A stretch of 64,000 nt of DNA, from positions 4,215-68,214 of the forward strand of contig DATKXY010000098.1 of assembly GCA_035528795.1 (NCBI GenBank), written 5' to 3'. This DNA is from an archaeon (GTDB lineage Bacteria; Gemmatimonadota; Glassbacteria; GWA2-58-10). Shown here one piece after another: positions 1-10,112 of this stretch; within the stretch, counting starts at the first letter, position 1; each line of letters starts with the position of its first letter. The position numbers and the translations under genes are program-made. A model generated the notes under the pieces. The model saw only the letters and a list, made by a program, of their open reading frames with translations, had not been told where the DNA came from and did not search any database.

Positions 1-851
1 CCCCAGAGCACGCTTTTTTTGGCTTCGTACTCGCTGCGCGCACCCAAGGCCCTCTGGACAATGGCCTGATTGCCGAGCCAGTAAGCCGGGGAAAGTACGA
101 ATGTAAGGCCGAAAACGACACTGGCCCAGCCTAATGGAGTCGCGGTATCCGCGGGAACTATCAGTTGAAAGTGATGCTCGAATTCAGGTCCCATAGCTGT
201 AACAGCGGAGATCAGTTCACCCCAGCCGCCGACTTTGAGCATCGCGATCGACAGGATGATAAAGCTGCCGAAAAAGAGTATCACGCACTGGATCGAGTCG
301 AGATAAACCACTGCGGCCAGTCCCCCGAAAAAGGTATAGATGCCCACGACCGTGGCGATGAGGATCACCGAAAACATGATCGGCCAGCCGCAGAGGATGT
401 GCATTGTCTTGGCTGCAGTGTAAAAGAAAATTCCGAGCATGAACAGGAAGAAGATACCCCAGATCAGGGCCACCAGGGAGCGGACGAACTGATTGTATCG
501 GAGTCCCAGGAACTCAGGCACTGTAAATACCTTGGAGCGCCAGTAATAGGGAACAAATATAAAGGCGGCCAATACCATTGCGGGAATGCAGCCGATCCAG
601 TCGAAATTGGATACCGCTATGCCGAAAGTGTAAGCCATGCCTGCCACTCCCACAAGCTCCAGGGCGCCGATATCCGAGACCACCATGGACATGCCGATAG
701 CCCACCAGGGCAGGTTCCTGCCGCCGAGGAAAAAGTCGGCATCGCTCTTGATGAACCTGCCGATCAAGGAGCCGGTAACCGTGATCCCCACAAGGTAAAC
801 AGTGATGATTATTACATCTATAGTGGCGAGTTTTCCGACAGCCAGTTCCAC
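1..851 (-). CDS. Sodium:solute symporter (SSF/SGLT-like) family transporter, N-terminal part. The 3' end runs off the left edge of the window.
   Basis: Absent from the ORF track because there is no stop inside the window. Reverse-complement translation from GTG at 851-849 (GAGGAG lies 4 nt upstream) reads VELAVGKLATIDVIIITVYLVGITVTGSLIGRFIKSDADFFLGGRNLPWWAIGMSMVVSDIGALELVG... It is multi-TM, and the LGGR..PWW..G.S opening is typical of SSF transporters. The listed + ORF 165..884 is its antisense shadow. Confidence 0.7.
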   Translation of the reverse strand, partial: MELAVGKLATIDVIIITVYLVGITVTGSLIGRFIKSDADFFLGGRNLPWWAIGMSMVVSDIGALELVGVAGMAYTFGIAVSNFDWIGCIPAMVLAAFIFVPYYWRSKVFTVPEFLGLRYNQFVRSLVALIWGIFFLFMLGIFFYTAAKTMHILCGWPIMFSVILIATVVGIYTFFGGLAAVVYLDSIQCVILFFGSFIILSIAMLKVGGWGELISAVTAMGPEFEHHFQLIVPADTATPLGWASVVFGLTFVLSPAYWLGNQAIVQRALGARSEYEAKKSVLW

Positions 852-1005
852 AAAGCTCCTCACAGGCTTAATTATTCTGTTTGATAGAAGCGGAAGATAA
901 GTCAGAAAAATAAAACATACTACCGGACAGTCAAGACTTTTATATTTTAACGCAGTTATTCATGCCCTCTTGTTCCATAACTACTGAGCCAGGATTGAAA
1001 AATTC

Positions 1006-1479
1006 ATGCCAAGCCCACTGGTAATCAAACCCCACCACTTTTTAGACATTATCCGGGATTTCGGGGCAGGCGTTGAGCATGAGCCTCACCCTTACGGTCA
1101 CGCCGTGCATCGAGTGGCCCGCATCCTGCGCGAAGATCCGGACACCCTTCTTCAATTGACTGCAAGCCACGACTCGGTCTGCGAGCCCTGCAGGAACCTT
1201 GTCAATGGTCACTGTCTAGACACCACTGACACTACGGGCCAGGAAATTTCCAAGGAAAGCTACAACCTGATGATCGATCGGCGCTATTTTGAAAGGCTGG
1301 GACTCAAGGAGGGGGACAGGCTGACAGCCCTGGAATTCTGCCGGCTCACTCTGAAACGTCTGGGTGACATTTACTCGATCTATCAGGAGGTCTCCATAGA
1401 AAAGACAGCCCGGCGGGAGAGAGATCTCAAGCGCGGGCTGAAAGAATATCTGAAAAAAGGCACAGGCGGAAAAGACTGA
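1006..1479 (+). CDS. DUF1284-like small Cys/His-containing protein (hypothetical)
   Basis: The pattern IKPHHFLD ... DSVCEPCRNLVNGHC ... DRRYFERLGLKEGD matches my recollection of the DUF1284 layout (RPHH, then C..C...G.C, then D..vl..LGl..G). No search was run. Confidence 0.45.
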   Translation: MPSPLVIKPHHFLDIIRDFGAGVEHEPHPYGHAVHRVARILREDPDTLLQLTASHDSVCEPCRNLVNGHCLDTTDTTGQEISKESYNLMIDRRYFERLGLKEGDRLTALEFCRLTLKRLGDIYSIYQEVSIEKTARRERDLKRGLKEYLKKGTGGKD

Positions 1480-1514
1480 AAAACAACCCTCTCCGGAGAC
1501 TGCTTGACTCAAGC

Positions 1515-3944
1515 TCAATCAGGGAAATCCGGAGGCAGCGTTTTAGTGGTCATGTATTCTTCCCAGAGCCTGCGTGTTTCCTCATCTTTCGGATTGCGGC
1601 CGACCCATTGGCTCAAAAAGGCCGAAGCCATCACCTTTTTACCCATAGCGTCGTATAAGCGGATTAATTTCTGAAAACCCAACTGAAAATAGGGATCCAC
1701 TTTGATCGATTCAAGCAGCATCTCTGTGGCCGGAATAGTGTCGGTTTTTTCCAGGGCTATCTTGGCCAAACCCGCCCATTTCAAAGGATCAGGGGGAAAT
1801 TTTTTGAAATAATTGGTCGCGTACTCTTTGGCTTTATCATAGTGCCCCGTGGAGGCGAACCTGGTGGCAAAGTTGAAAAGCATATTTTCATACTGGGGAT
1901 CGAAAAACACCAGCTGACGGAAATTCCAGTTAGCTGCATTTTCATCTTTCCGGCCAAGATAAGCCTCTCCCAATTGAAGATGAATCCGGGCATAGGACAA
2001 AAGCGGAGCAAGCCTGTCCTGCCGCAGAGCCTGGAGATCTTTGGCCGTGGAGTTATATTTGTACTCATCCCAAAGCAGCTTCGAGCATTTATTCATGTCC
2101 ACAGCAATAGCTCCAGGCTCCCTGCGCCAGAAATTCAAACTGTCGGCTGTAGCGAGAGTATCTTTTTCCAATAAACGCACCGCCAGACCCTGAAGGACAA
2201 GGTAGCGGTTCAGTCCCACCATATTTTCCACACCCAGCTTGTGCGAAAAATAAACCGGGCGGGTAAACCCATTGGCGCGCAAAATATCGATTATCGCTAT
2301 ATCCCGCACCAGAAACTGCGTATTGTTAGGATAAACCACCTCCAAGTCTCCGAACTGGAAAGACTGTTTCTGGGGCAGCCTTATCGGATAGAGCCGGTCG
2401 ATATAGCTGTCGTCAAAAGTCATCGCCACCGGCGGGGAAGACTTTTTAATTCTCTTAAGATAAGATTTGTCTGATAAAGAAAAGTAATTGATCAGCGACC
2501 TCTCTGATCCTTTAGAGACAAATTTATTTACATAGACTGCAGGATAATATTCTTCGTTATTTCTCAGTATCAGGATGCAGTCAGGCTCCAGCCCTTTCAA
2601 CTGGTTTTCAGCCAGGTCCCGGACTGCATAGTACCCTGACATATCTTCCGACTGCCAGCGGAAATAAATGAAAGACAGCTGCAGAATAACCAGGACAACT
2701 GTCAGGGTTCCCCCTGTCAATCTTACAAACCGGCTTGTCTGGAACTCCATTTTTCTTGCAAAACGCCCGAATAAAAGCACCAGATCCATTCTCAAGAAAA
2801 TAAGCCCCAGAACCACCCAGAAACCGGAGAGCAAAAATGTGAAAAGAAAAAGGCGGTCCAAATGCATGGGGTCATGCCTGATTGGATCAGGAAATTTGTC
2901 CCAGGCCTGCTCCAGACCCAGCTTAGGGTTCACCAGCCACAAGGTTGCCAAAACAGTAAATAACAGGAAGGCAAGAGCTGTCAGGCACAATTTCCTCTCA
3001 TGCTGCCAGAAACGCACCAGGGCATAGAGAAAGACTGCCAATATCACCGTCCCGCTGATCCAATGACCCGCCTGGCTTTTGAGATAAGTCCAAAAGAGCG
3101 GAACCTGGTACATAAAAAAGTTTGCATTGCGCGGCAGGGAATTGCGCAAAGCATCGAAATTGAAGGCATAGCTCCAGAAGTCTTTCTTGAACAATCCCAC
3201 CTGTCCGCCCAGCCCGGCATCCAGAACCGGCCGAATGGAAATGTACAAATAGATGCTCGAACCCAGGATGAAAAAACCGAGCATGGAGAACCACTTGGAT
3301 TTTAATATTTTTTTAACCTCTGTCCCTAAAATAAGGAAAGGCAGGAGGATTGCGGCGCTGAAAAGGAAGACGTGCTGCTGGCTGAAAGAGAGTCCCATGA
3401 GATATGCCCACAGAAGCATCATCAGCCCGGGCGAAGCGCAGCCCTCTTCAACCCTTACAATAAGCCAGAGAGAAAAAGTGAGGATAAGAAGGTTAAAGCT
3501 TTCCGGGCCGGCAGTCACCGCGCTGGCCCAGATTGAGGGCAGAGTGGCCGCAAAAACAGCTCCGGCCCCAATGATCCAACGGACGCTGGTCAGGGATTTA
3601 TCTTTCTCGGCCACCCCCAGTCTTGTAATCAGGCGGTCGATTAAAGCAAAAGAAATCGCAGCCGTGGCCGCCGAACTGAGAGCTGAAACGAGATTCACTC
3701 CTGTGGCCGGTTCGATATGCGCCGCCCACCCGAGAAGCGGAACGAGGAGGGCATTAAAAATTTTGGACAGAGAAAAACACGCCAGCAGATAAAGCAGGTT
3801 GCCCGGAGCTGGCGGAAGGCCGGCCAGAAGACTGTTGACCGCCCAGGAAGCCGCATCCCCGGGGCCAAGCGAAAGTGAAAGAGTGACAGCAAACAAGATC
3901 AAGGCCAGCAGGAAAATCAGCAGGGTTAATTTTGTTCTATTCAT
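1515..3944 (-). CDS. Large polytopic membrane protein, DUF2723 / PMT-type glycosyltransferase-like, with a C-terminal TPR-like soluble region
   Basis: 809 aa. The first ~430 aa contain about a dozen hydrophobic segments. The C-terminal third is soluble with TPR-like helical repeats (LGEAYLGRKDENAANWNFRQ..., TGHYDKAKEYATNYFKK...). Confidence 0.5.
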   Translation of the reverse strand: MNRTKLTLLIFLLALILFAVTLSLSLGPGDAASWAVNSLLAGLPPAPGNLLYLLACFSLSKIFNALLVPLLGWAAHIEPATGVNLVSALSSAATAAISFALIDRLITRLGVAEKDKSLTSVRWIIGAGAVFAATLPSIWASAVTAGPESFNLLILTFSLWLIVRVEEGCASPGLMMLLWAYLMGLSFSQQHVFLFSAAILLPFLILGTEVKKILKSKWFSMLGFFILGSSIYLYISIRPVLDAGLGGQVGLFKKDFWSYAFNFDALRNSLPRNANFFMYQVPLFWTYLKSQAGHWISGTVILAVFLYALVRFWQHERKLCLTALAFLLFTVLATLWLVNPKLGLEQAWDKFPDPIRHDPMHLDRLFLFTFLLSGFWVVLGLIFLRMDLVLLFGRFARKMEFQTSRFVRLTGGTLTVVLVILQLSFIYFRWQSEDMSGYYAVRDLAENQLKGLEPDCILILRNNEEYYPAVYVNKFVSKGSERSLINYFSLSDKSYLKRIKKSSPPVAMTFDDSYIDRLYPIRLPQKQSFQFGDLEVVYPNNTQFLVRDIAIIDILRANGFTRPVYFSHKLGVENMVGLNRYLVLQGLAVRLLEKDTLATADSLNFWRREPGAIAVDMNKCSKLLWDEYKYNSTAKDLQALRQDRLAPLLSYARIHLQLGEAYLGRKDENAANWNFRQLVFFDPQYENMLFNFATRFASTGHYDKAKEYATNYFKKFPPDPLKWAGLAKIALEKTDTIPATEMLLESIKVDPYFQLGFQKLIRLYDAMGKKVMASAFLSQWVGRNPKDEETRRLWEEYMTTKTLPPDFPD

Positions 3945-4017
3945 TTGCTCCTTAGCTCCTCATAAGTTCCACCTACTCGTCATTATTTTCTGCTGATCTC
4001 ACGTTAAAATCAACAGA

Positions 4018-4543
4018 TACTACTCAGGTCATAAAATTATTTACATCTATCCGTAAAGGAAATTTTTATTCTTCTTTTGGTGGCAAAAGAAGCAAAACCA
4101 TTTCTTTTTAAACAAAAAGAAACAAAAGTTAATCCTGGCACTTAAGTCTTTTACTCCGCTTCGCCAAGCTCGCCTGGCGCGATAATGCTGCGCAAAGGCC
4201 TGCCTGGGCGTTGTACATCTAATATGGCGATGATGGAAATTACTTGTCTTCTACACGCTCCAAGAACACGGGCCCCGGACTCCAGGGCTTCTTATAGCCT
4301 CTAGTTTCACCTGGGATGGCTTTATCATCCCAGGTAAATGCCCTCAAACCTCTTTTCGGTAGTTGTAAAAGTTTTTCTCTTGGGATATTTCAATCGTTGT
4401 TACGTAAAGTAAGCCGCTGGCGTCTTAAATGTAAAAATTGACACTTGGTAAATCATTCCTGCTTACTCGACTTTTATGAATAACCAAGGCTGAAGCATAT
4501 AAACAATAATACAAATGGAAACTATTTAATGCTCCCTATAGTA
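4018..4543 (+). repeat. Copy A of a non-coding repeat family of about 525 bp (MITE-like; TA flanks, short imperfect TIR)
   Basis: Aligns by eye along its full length with 57505-58040 (same orientation) and with 52555-53079 (inverted). Ends are TA|CTACTCAGGTCATAAAA ... AATGCTCCCTATAG|TA. No conserved ORF. Contains perfect hairpins such as CTTCTTTTG-GTGG-CAAAAGAAG, TTTCTTTTT-AAAC-AAAAAGAAA and ACCTGGGATG-GCTTTAT-CATCCCAGGT. Confidence 0.9.
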
Positions 4544-4608
4544 ACAGCTCGAAACCAGACAAAGCCGGGAAAATCTGTTTAAGGTTCCTGATCGGCAACT
4601 TTTATTTA

Positions 4609-5496
4609 TCACAATCTTGAGGGCACCGGAAAACGCGACGCCACCGCGACAGCACGCCGGACCGGGCCTACATCATGAACCCTTAAAATGTTCGCTCCTG
4701 AAAGGGTAGCCACTGTACATGCAGCCAGAGTGCCCTCCAGCCGCTCGGCAGGGGTCTTTAACCCGGCAAGAGCCATGAATGACTTACGGGACGGCCCAAC
4801 CAGAAGGGGCCTGCCCAGCGGTGCGAACTCAGACAAGCGGGAAATCAACTCATAGTTGCCGAAAGGGGATTTGCCGAAACCGATTCCCGGATCCAATGCG
4901 ATGCGTTCCCGGCCAAGGCCTGCTTCTTGCGCCCTGGCCAGGCCTCTTTCGAAAAACATGAAGATTTCGGCTATCATATTTTCATATTTAGTGTCTGACT
5001 GCATTGTCCGCGGCTCGCCGCGCATGTGCATCATTACATATCCAGCCTGAAGACCCGCCACGGTTTCGAGCATTTTTTCATCCAGCCGGCCTGCGCTTAT
5101 ATCATTGACCACGTGCGCCCCCTCTTCCACTGCAACCCGGGCCACCTCGGACTTGTAAGTATCCACTGAGATAATAACCTCAGGCAGTCTCCCGGCCAGC
5201 TCCCGGATCACCGGAATGACCCTCGCCGCTTCCTCTTTTGCGCTGACCGGAGAGGCTCCCGGCCTGGTGGATTCCCCTCCGACATCAATAATTTCTGCGC
5301 CCTCGGCTGCCATCCTCTCCGCATGATCGGCCGCTGCCCCTGAATCCTGAAACATCCCTCCATCATAAAAGGAATCCGGTGTCAGATTAAGAACGCCCAT
5401 CAGCTTTGGCAAACCGTCAAAAACGAGAGACTTGCCGTGACCGATAAGCCAGCGCCTGGAATCGGAAGGCTCAATTGTGTTTTTTTGCAAAATCAC
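4609..5496 (-). CDS. folP: Dihydropteroate synthase
   Basis: MGVLNLTPDSFYDGG and DVGGESTRPGA motifs. 295 aa. Sits next to ftsH, as in many bacteria. Confidence 0.92.
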   Translation of the reverse strand: MILQKNTIEPSDSRRWLIGHGKSLVFDGLPKLMGVLNLTPDSFYDGGMFQDSGAAADHAERMAAEGAEIIDVGGESTRPGASPVSAKEEAARVIPVIRELAGRLPEVIISVDTYKSEVARVAVEEGAHVVNDISAGRLDEKMLETVAGLQAGYVMMHMRGEPRTMQSDTKYENMIAEIFMFFERGLARAQEAGLGRERIALDPGIGFGKSPFGNYELISRLSEFAPLGRPLLVGPSRKSFMALAGLKTPAERLEGTLAACTVATLSGANILRVHDVGPVRRAVAVASRFPVPSRL

Positions 5497-5808
5497 TTGA
5501 AGCTCTAAAAGTGTGGTAAAAAACGCTTTCAGATGATCGAGCGTTCTGGCATCGTAAGAGCGATTCGCTAATCGCCCCTACATGTTATTGATATACAATG
5601 AGTTAGCACTATCTTTCAAGCGTCTTTTATTTCTCTCAAATAAGAATGGCTAATAATCAACACAACTCAAGAGTAAAATAGATTTTTAAAAAAATACAAT
5701 TAAAGGAGGGGAAAGCCCTCCTTGTGTTTAAAAACTTTTATTAAGAATTAAATTCTAAATTTCCCGGGTCATTTAATCGCCGACCGGGTACACCGGGCCA
5801 CCGAAGCC

Positions 5809-7977
5809 TCATCGAGGTTTCTCTTGACTGTCTTCCTCTTTCCGGGAGCCTGAAGACGCCGCTTTTTTCTCCCGCGCCGCTTTTTCACTGCTCTTGCTCG
5901 AGGCCGAAGATTCCAGCAAGCTTTTAGTTCCTTCCCCTACACTGCTTTCGGTTTGCCCGACACCGGACTTTGCCCGCACCCTGAAACTTTTCCTCGCTTT
6001 CACCCTGGTTCCGGCGGCTTTTAATGGAAGGGCCTTCTTTTTTTCAACCGGCAGTTTTTCCCCCGCAACTATGATATTGATCTCCTCCGCATCGAGAACT
6101 TCCCGCACCAGCAGGGCATCTGCCAAAGCATTCAGCTTGTCGCGATTGTTGCGCAGAATAGTCATGGCCTTACTGTAAGCATCGTCGATAAAATGCTTTA
6201 CCTCGCGATCTATCATGCGTGCGGTAGCTTCGCTGTAGTCCTGGTGCTGCGCGATTTCCCGGCCCAGAAATATCTGTTCCTGCTGTTTGCCGAAAGTCAG
6301 CGGCCCCATGGCTTCGCTCATTCCCCAGGTGCAAACCATCTTGCGGGCCAAATCCGTGGCCCGCTCAAGATCGTTACCGGCACCGGTGGTCATTTCCCCC
6401 AGCACGAGTTCCTCGGCGCACCTTCCGCCCAACAGAGCGGTGAGATTGTTCTGGCACCATTTTTTGGTGTAAAGGTGGCGGTCCTTTTCAGGCAGGTAAT
6501 GGGTGACGCCGAGAGCCAACCCGCGGGCTACAATGGTGACTTTATGTACCGGGTCGCTGCCGGGGGTCAATTTCTGGACCAGGGTGTGACCCGCTTCATG
6601 GATCGCGATCTGGCGTTTTTCTTCATCCGAGATCACCATGCTTTTACGCTCGGCTCCCATCATCACTTTATCCTTGGCATCTTCAAAATCCTGCATGGTG
6701 ACTTTTTCGCGGTTCCTTCTGGCAGCTAAAAGTGCGGCCTCGTTCACCAGGTTCTCAAGCTCGGCTCCGCTCAAGCCTGGGCTCCCCTTAGCCAGAACCT
6801 CGACATCTACATCATTGTCCACCAGTATATTTTTCAAATGTACCCGAATGATCCCCGCCCTGCCGCGGACATCCGGCCGGTCTACAACGATCTGACGGTC
6901 GAAGCGGCCCGGGCGCAAGAGCGCTGGATCCAATACATCCGGCCGGTTAGTGGCTGCAATCAGGATCACCCCCTCATTGGACTCGAATCCATCCATTTCC
7001 ACCAGCAACTGATTCAGTGTCTGCTCCCTTTCATCGTGTCCACCGCCCAAGCCGGCGCCTCTGTGGCGGCCGACCGCATCGATCTCATCAATGAAAATAA
7101 TGCAGGGGGCGTGCGACTTGCCTTGTTCAAAAAGGTCGCGCACGCGCGATGCCCCCACGCCGACAAACATCTCCACGAAATCCGAGCCGCTCATACTGAA
7201 AAACGGCACACCGGCCTCACCAGCCACGGCCCTGGCAAGCAGAGTCTTGCCTGTGCCAGGCGGACCTAAGAGCAGAGCTCCCTTGGGAAGCCTGCCTCCG
7301 AGTCTCTGAAACTTGCGGGGGTCCTTGAGAAATTCAATGATTTCCTGCAATTCATTTTTTGCCTCGTCACAGCCGGCGACATCCTCGAAGGTGAGTTTGG
7401 GCCTGTCACCGGAAAGCAGTTTTGCCCGGCTCTTGCCGAAAGAGAAGGCCTTTCCGCCGCCGGCCTGAATCTGTCGGATGAAAAACAGCCAAAAAATTAT
7501 CAGGGCCACCCAGGGCAGCCAGCCCACCAGACTGGTCATCCAATTTACAGCCGGCGGCATGCTGTTTATCTCTACCCCGGCTTTCTGGAGACGGTCCACC
7601 AGGGATGGATCTTCGAACGGCAGGTAAGTCGTAAAACCCAGCAGATCCTCTGTCGGGGTTCCTGTTTGCTGGCGCACATTAGCTGAGACCGATCGCATTT
7701 TACCTGTGATTTTTTTCTCCACTATGGTTATACTCTTTACCCGCCCTTCCTCCACATCCTGGATAAACTGGGAGTAGTTGATCTCTCGCACCTTCTCTTT
7801 TTGCGGCGAAAGAAAGTTGAACACAGTGATAGGCAGTAGAATCAACAACAACCAAAATGCGATGTTCTTGGACAGATTCCCGAAGCGCGGACCTTTGGAA
7901 GAAGGAGCGCCCTGCTTTTTTTTACGCTGTCCGGGTAACTTGTTGTCTTTCTTTTTGCCACCTTGATTACTGACCAT
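5809..7977 (-). CDS. ftsH: ATP-dependent zinc metalloprotease FtsH
   Basis: Walker A in AAA+ domain [23 protein letters not shown], Walker [10 protein letters not shown], zinc site HEAGH. N-terminal TM pair. Confidence 0.97.
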   Translation of the reverse strand: MVSNQGGKKKDNKLPGQRKKKQGAPSSKGPRFGNLSKNIAFWLLLILLPITVFNFLSPQKEKVREINYSQFIQDVEEGRVKSITIVEKKITGKMRSVSANVRQQTGTPTEDLLGFTTYLPFEDPSLVDRLQKAGVEINSMPPAVNWMTSLVGWLPWVALIIFWLFFIRQIQAGGGKAFSFGKSRAKLLSGDRPKLTFEDVAGCDEAKNELQEIIEFLKDPRKFQRLGGRLPKGALLLGPPGTGKTLLARAVAGEAGVPFFSMSGSDFVEMFVGVGASRVRDLFEQGKSHAPCIIFIDEIDAVGRHRGAGLGGGHDEREQTLNQLLVEMDGFESNEGVILIAATNRPDVLDPALLRPGRFDRQIVVDRPDVRGRAGIIRVHLKNILVDNDVDVEVLAKGSPGLSGAELENLVNEAALLAARRNREKVTMQDFEDAKDKVMMGAERKSMVISDEEKRQIAIHEAGHTLVQKLTPGSDPVHKVTIVARGLALGVTHYLPEKDRHLYTKKWCQNNLTALLGGRCAEELVLGEMTTGAGNDLERATDLARKMVCTWGMSEAMGPLTFGKQQEQIFLGREIAQHQDYSEATARMIDREVKHFIDDAYSKAMTILRNNRDKLNALADALLVREVLDAEEINIIVAGEKLPVEKKKALPLKAAGTRVKARKSFRVRAKSGVGQTESSVGEGTKSLLESSASSKSSEKAAREKKAASSGSRKEEDSQEKPR

Positions 7978-8198
7978 TTTTAGATCCTTTTACCACTAAA
8001 TTAAGACCTCTTTGATTAAGTCTGTGGTTGATTCCGAGAGGCAACGGAAACTATCCGTAACAACTACAGCGAGCTTCCATTGTACAAAGACCGGATGCAA
8101 CGATAATGATAAAAATATTTCACTGCTAAGAAGTTGAATATAATTTCTTTAAATTTAAGTGTCAATGATAGTTCCATAAATGCTCATTCCATAAACAG

Positions 8199-9653
8199 TC
8201 ACGAGCGCCGTGCCTGGATGATAAGGATTTTTTTTGTGCCGGCGCTCAAAGGAGCGATCTCCGAGCGGGCCACACCGCAAACCCATAAGACTTCGCCCTC
8301 CGAGTCACGAAAGACCGGCAATTTTGATCTCTGGCTTGCGGGAATCCGCTTCTCGCCGAAAAGCTTCTTCAACTTTTTTGTCCCGCCCAGCCCGAACGGG
8401 CGCATATTTTCCCCGGCGCGCCAGGCTCCTGCACTGAGTGGAAATTTCAGCAGATCGGAATCGAAACCCTCCTGGAATACTCCACCGGCGCCGCCTGTCT
8501 TTGAAAACTGCCCGGGACTGCCGCCGTCATACCGTTTTACTCTCAGCGCTATCTCCCACTGGGAGTCCTCCAGAATGAGACTCTTTTTATCTTCAGCCTC
8601 GAGTTTCGTGGTTTTCATCTCCGGCGCTATCCCGGGAGTCATTTTTTCACGAATTACTAACGTATTAAACTCGCGCATGACCGTAAGCCCTCCGGGCAGG
8701 TCGAGCCGTCCACCGCTGGGACCCTTGAGGATCAGGCGCTCCACGGCATTCAAAGGCCTGCCGGAAAGAATAACCCGCTGGGAGCTCAGCTCGAGCACAG
8801 TCCGGCGGATCAGATATCTCCTCAGGAGGGCCGGGGTTTGAGCCGCCTGAGAGCAGTCAAGCTTGAGAACACCGTCGTGCTCCTTTATTACCACCTGATC
8901 CATGATCAGGTTCACGCGCTCTTCCAAAGCCGCGCACAAGATCGAGGCTTCCTCTGCAAGGCTGACAAGATTGTCCGTAAAATGGGGATCGTATTCCTGT
9001 TCAATCCCGGGAATAACCTTGTGGCGGAGTCGGTTTCGCAGGTATTTATCGCTCAAATTGCTCGGATCCTCGGCATAGGGGATCTCGTTCAGGGCGGCGA
9101 AGTGTTCAAGCTCAGATCTTGAGAGCACGAGCAGCGGCCTGATCAGGCACCCGGAGCGGCTTGATGGCTGAATGCCCGCAAGCCCGAACAGGCTGCTGCC
9201 TGATAAAAGCCGCATGAGCACGGTTTCTGCCTGGTCGTCACGGTGGTGGCCTGTTGCCAGGCGGTCGCAAGCCAGACGGTCGGCGCAGTCCCAGAGAAAA
9301 GAATAACGGGCCAGTCTGGCCGCGTTCTGCAAGTTCATTCTCCCTATGGCTGCCAGAACCCCTACCTCAGCCGCCCCGGAAACAAAAGGAACCTCAAGGG
9401 ACTCGCAGCGCTTTCGCACCAGTTCCCCCTCAGCCCTGCTTTGTTCCCCGCGCAGCCTGTGGTCGAAATGCGCCGCTGTCAGGGAGAAACCTTCTCTCAC
9501 GGAGAGCCTGAACAAAATATCCAGCAGCACCATGGAGTCCAGGCCCGCGGACACTGCCGCCAGCACCTTTTCCCCGGGCCTTATCAGGGCCTTCTCCTTA
9601 ATAAAGCGGCTGACTCTGCCCACAAGCTCACTAGCCAGGTCTTTTTCAAGCAT
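8199..9653 (-). CDS. tilS: tRNA(Ile)-lysidine synthase
   Basis: PP-loop VSAGLDSMVLL (SGGxDS-type). 484 aa. Lies immediately upstream of ftsH, which is a conserved tilS-ftsH neighbourhood. Confidence 0.88.
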   Translation of the reverse strand: MLEKDLASELVGRVSRFIKEKALIRPGEKVLAAVSAGLDSMVLLDILFRLSVREGFSLTAAHFDHRLRGEQSRAEGELVRKRCESLEVPFVSGAAEVGVLAAIGRMNLQNAARLARYSFLWDCADRLACDRLATGHHRDDQAETVLMRLLSGSSLFGLAGIQPSSRSGCLIRPLLVLSRSELEHFAALNEIPYAEDPSNLSDKYLRNRLRHKVIPGIEQEYDPHFTDNLVSLAEEASILCAALEERVNLIMDQVVIKEHDGVLKLDCSQAAQTPALLRRYLIRRTVLELSSQRVILSGRPLNAVERLILKGPSGGRLDLPGGLTVMREFNTLVIREKMTPGIAPEMKTTKLEAEDKKSLILEDSQWEIALRVKRYDGGSPGQFSKTGGAGGVFQEGFDSDLLKFPLSAGAWRAGENMRPFGLGGTKKLKKLFGEKRIPASQRSKLPVFRDSEGEVLWVCGVARSEIAPLSAGTKKILIIQARRS

Positions 9654-9991
9654 TCAACTGCCTGCTTTCAAAGGGAAACGCTATCTAACTGATATTTTCG
9701 CTGTCTGATTTAAACTTAAATCGAATCAAGCAAAAAATTAATAAAAAATTATTTATCTGAATTTCAACCAGGCTGAGATATCTTTTCGGTTGACAATAGA
9801 AAACCGGACAGGGGACAAAGTATTTCCCGAACATTAGGCAGGAATGACGACGGGGAAGTTTGAGTCCAACAGCTTGATTGGATAGATACAGAAAGTCTAT
9901 CCGGCGATAGAAAGAACCGTGCCTGTTGTTAACCGGTCTTTTAATCCACTCAGTTCAATCAGTAACCTTTCGGGCTTTATTAACCGGCCCG

Positions 9992-10025
9992 GGGCGGGAA
10001 GACCTGAAATTTCCCGCCCTTTTTT
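9992..10025 (+). terminator. Strong intrinsic-terminator-like hairpin on the + strand with no annotated + strand gene upstream
   Basis: GGGCGGGAA (9992-10000), a 10-nt loop, TTCCCGCCC (10011-10019), then TTTTTT (10020-10025). Confidence 0.6.
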
Positions 10026-10112
10026 CGGGAAGCGGCCCAGGATAATATTAAATTTAATAAACCTTCATTTTGCGCCCTGGCTTAAGCCAGCTGACAAAAT
10101 CTCGATTCTTTA

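Noticed and set aside
165-884. 239-aa + strand ORF at the left edge
   Set aside because: Its composition is His/Asp/Gly-rich and non-protein-like. It is exactly antisense to a convincing SSF-transporter reading frame that lacks a stop inside the window.
4225-4305. Small ORF conserved in the three full copies of the 525-bp repeat (MAMMEITCLLHAPRTRAPDSRASYSL and variants)
   Set aside because: It has no Shine-Dalgarno sequence, its differences between copies are mostly non-synonymous, and its stop position varies (26 versus 31 codons). This is more consistent with chance frame preservation in a young repeat.
5685-5723. Hairpin AAGGAGGG-GAAAG-CCCTCCTT downstream of ftsH, considered as a minus-strand intrinsic terminator
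   Set aside because: The T-tract on the minus strand is separated from the stem by about 8 nt. It is plausible but below the standard I used for the feature list.
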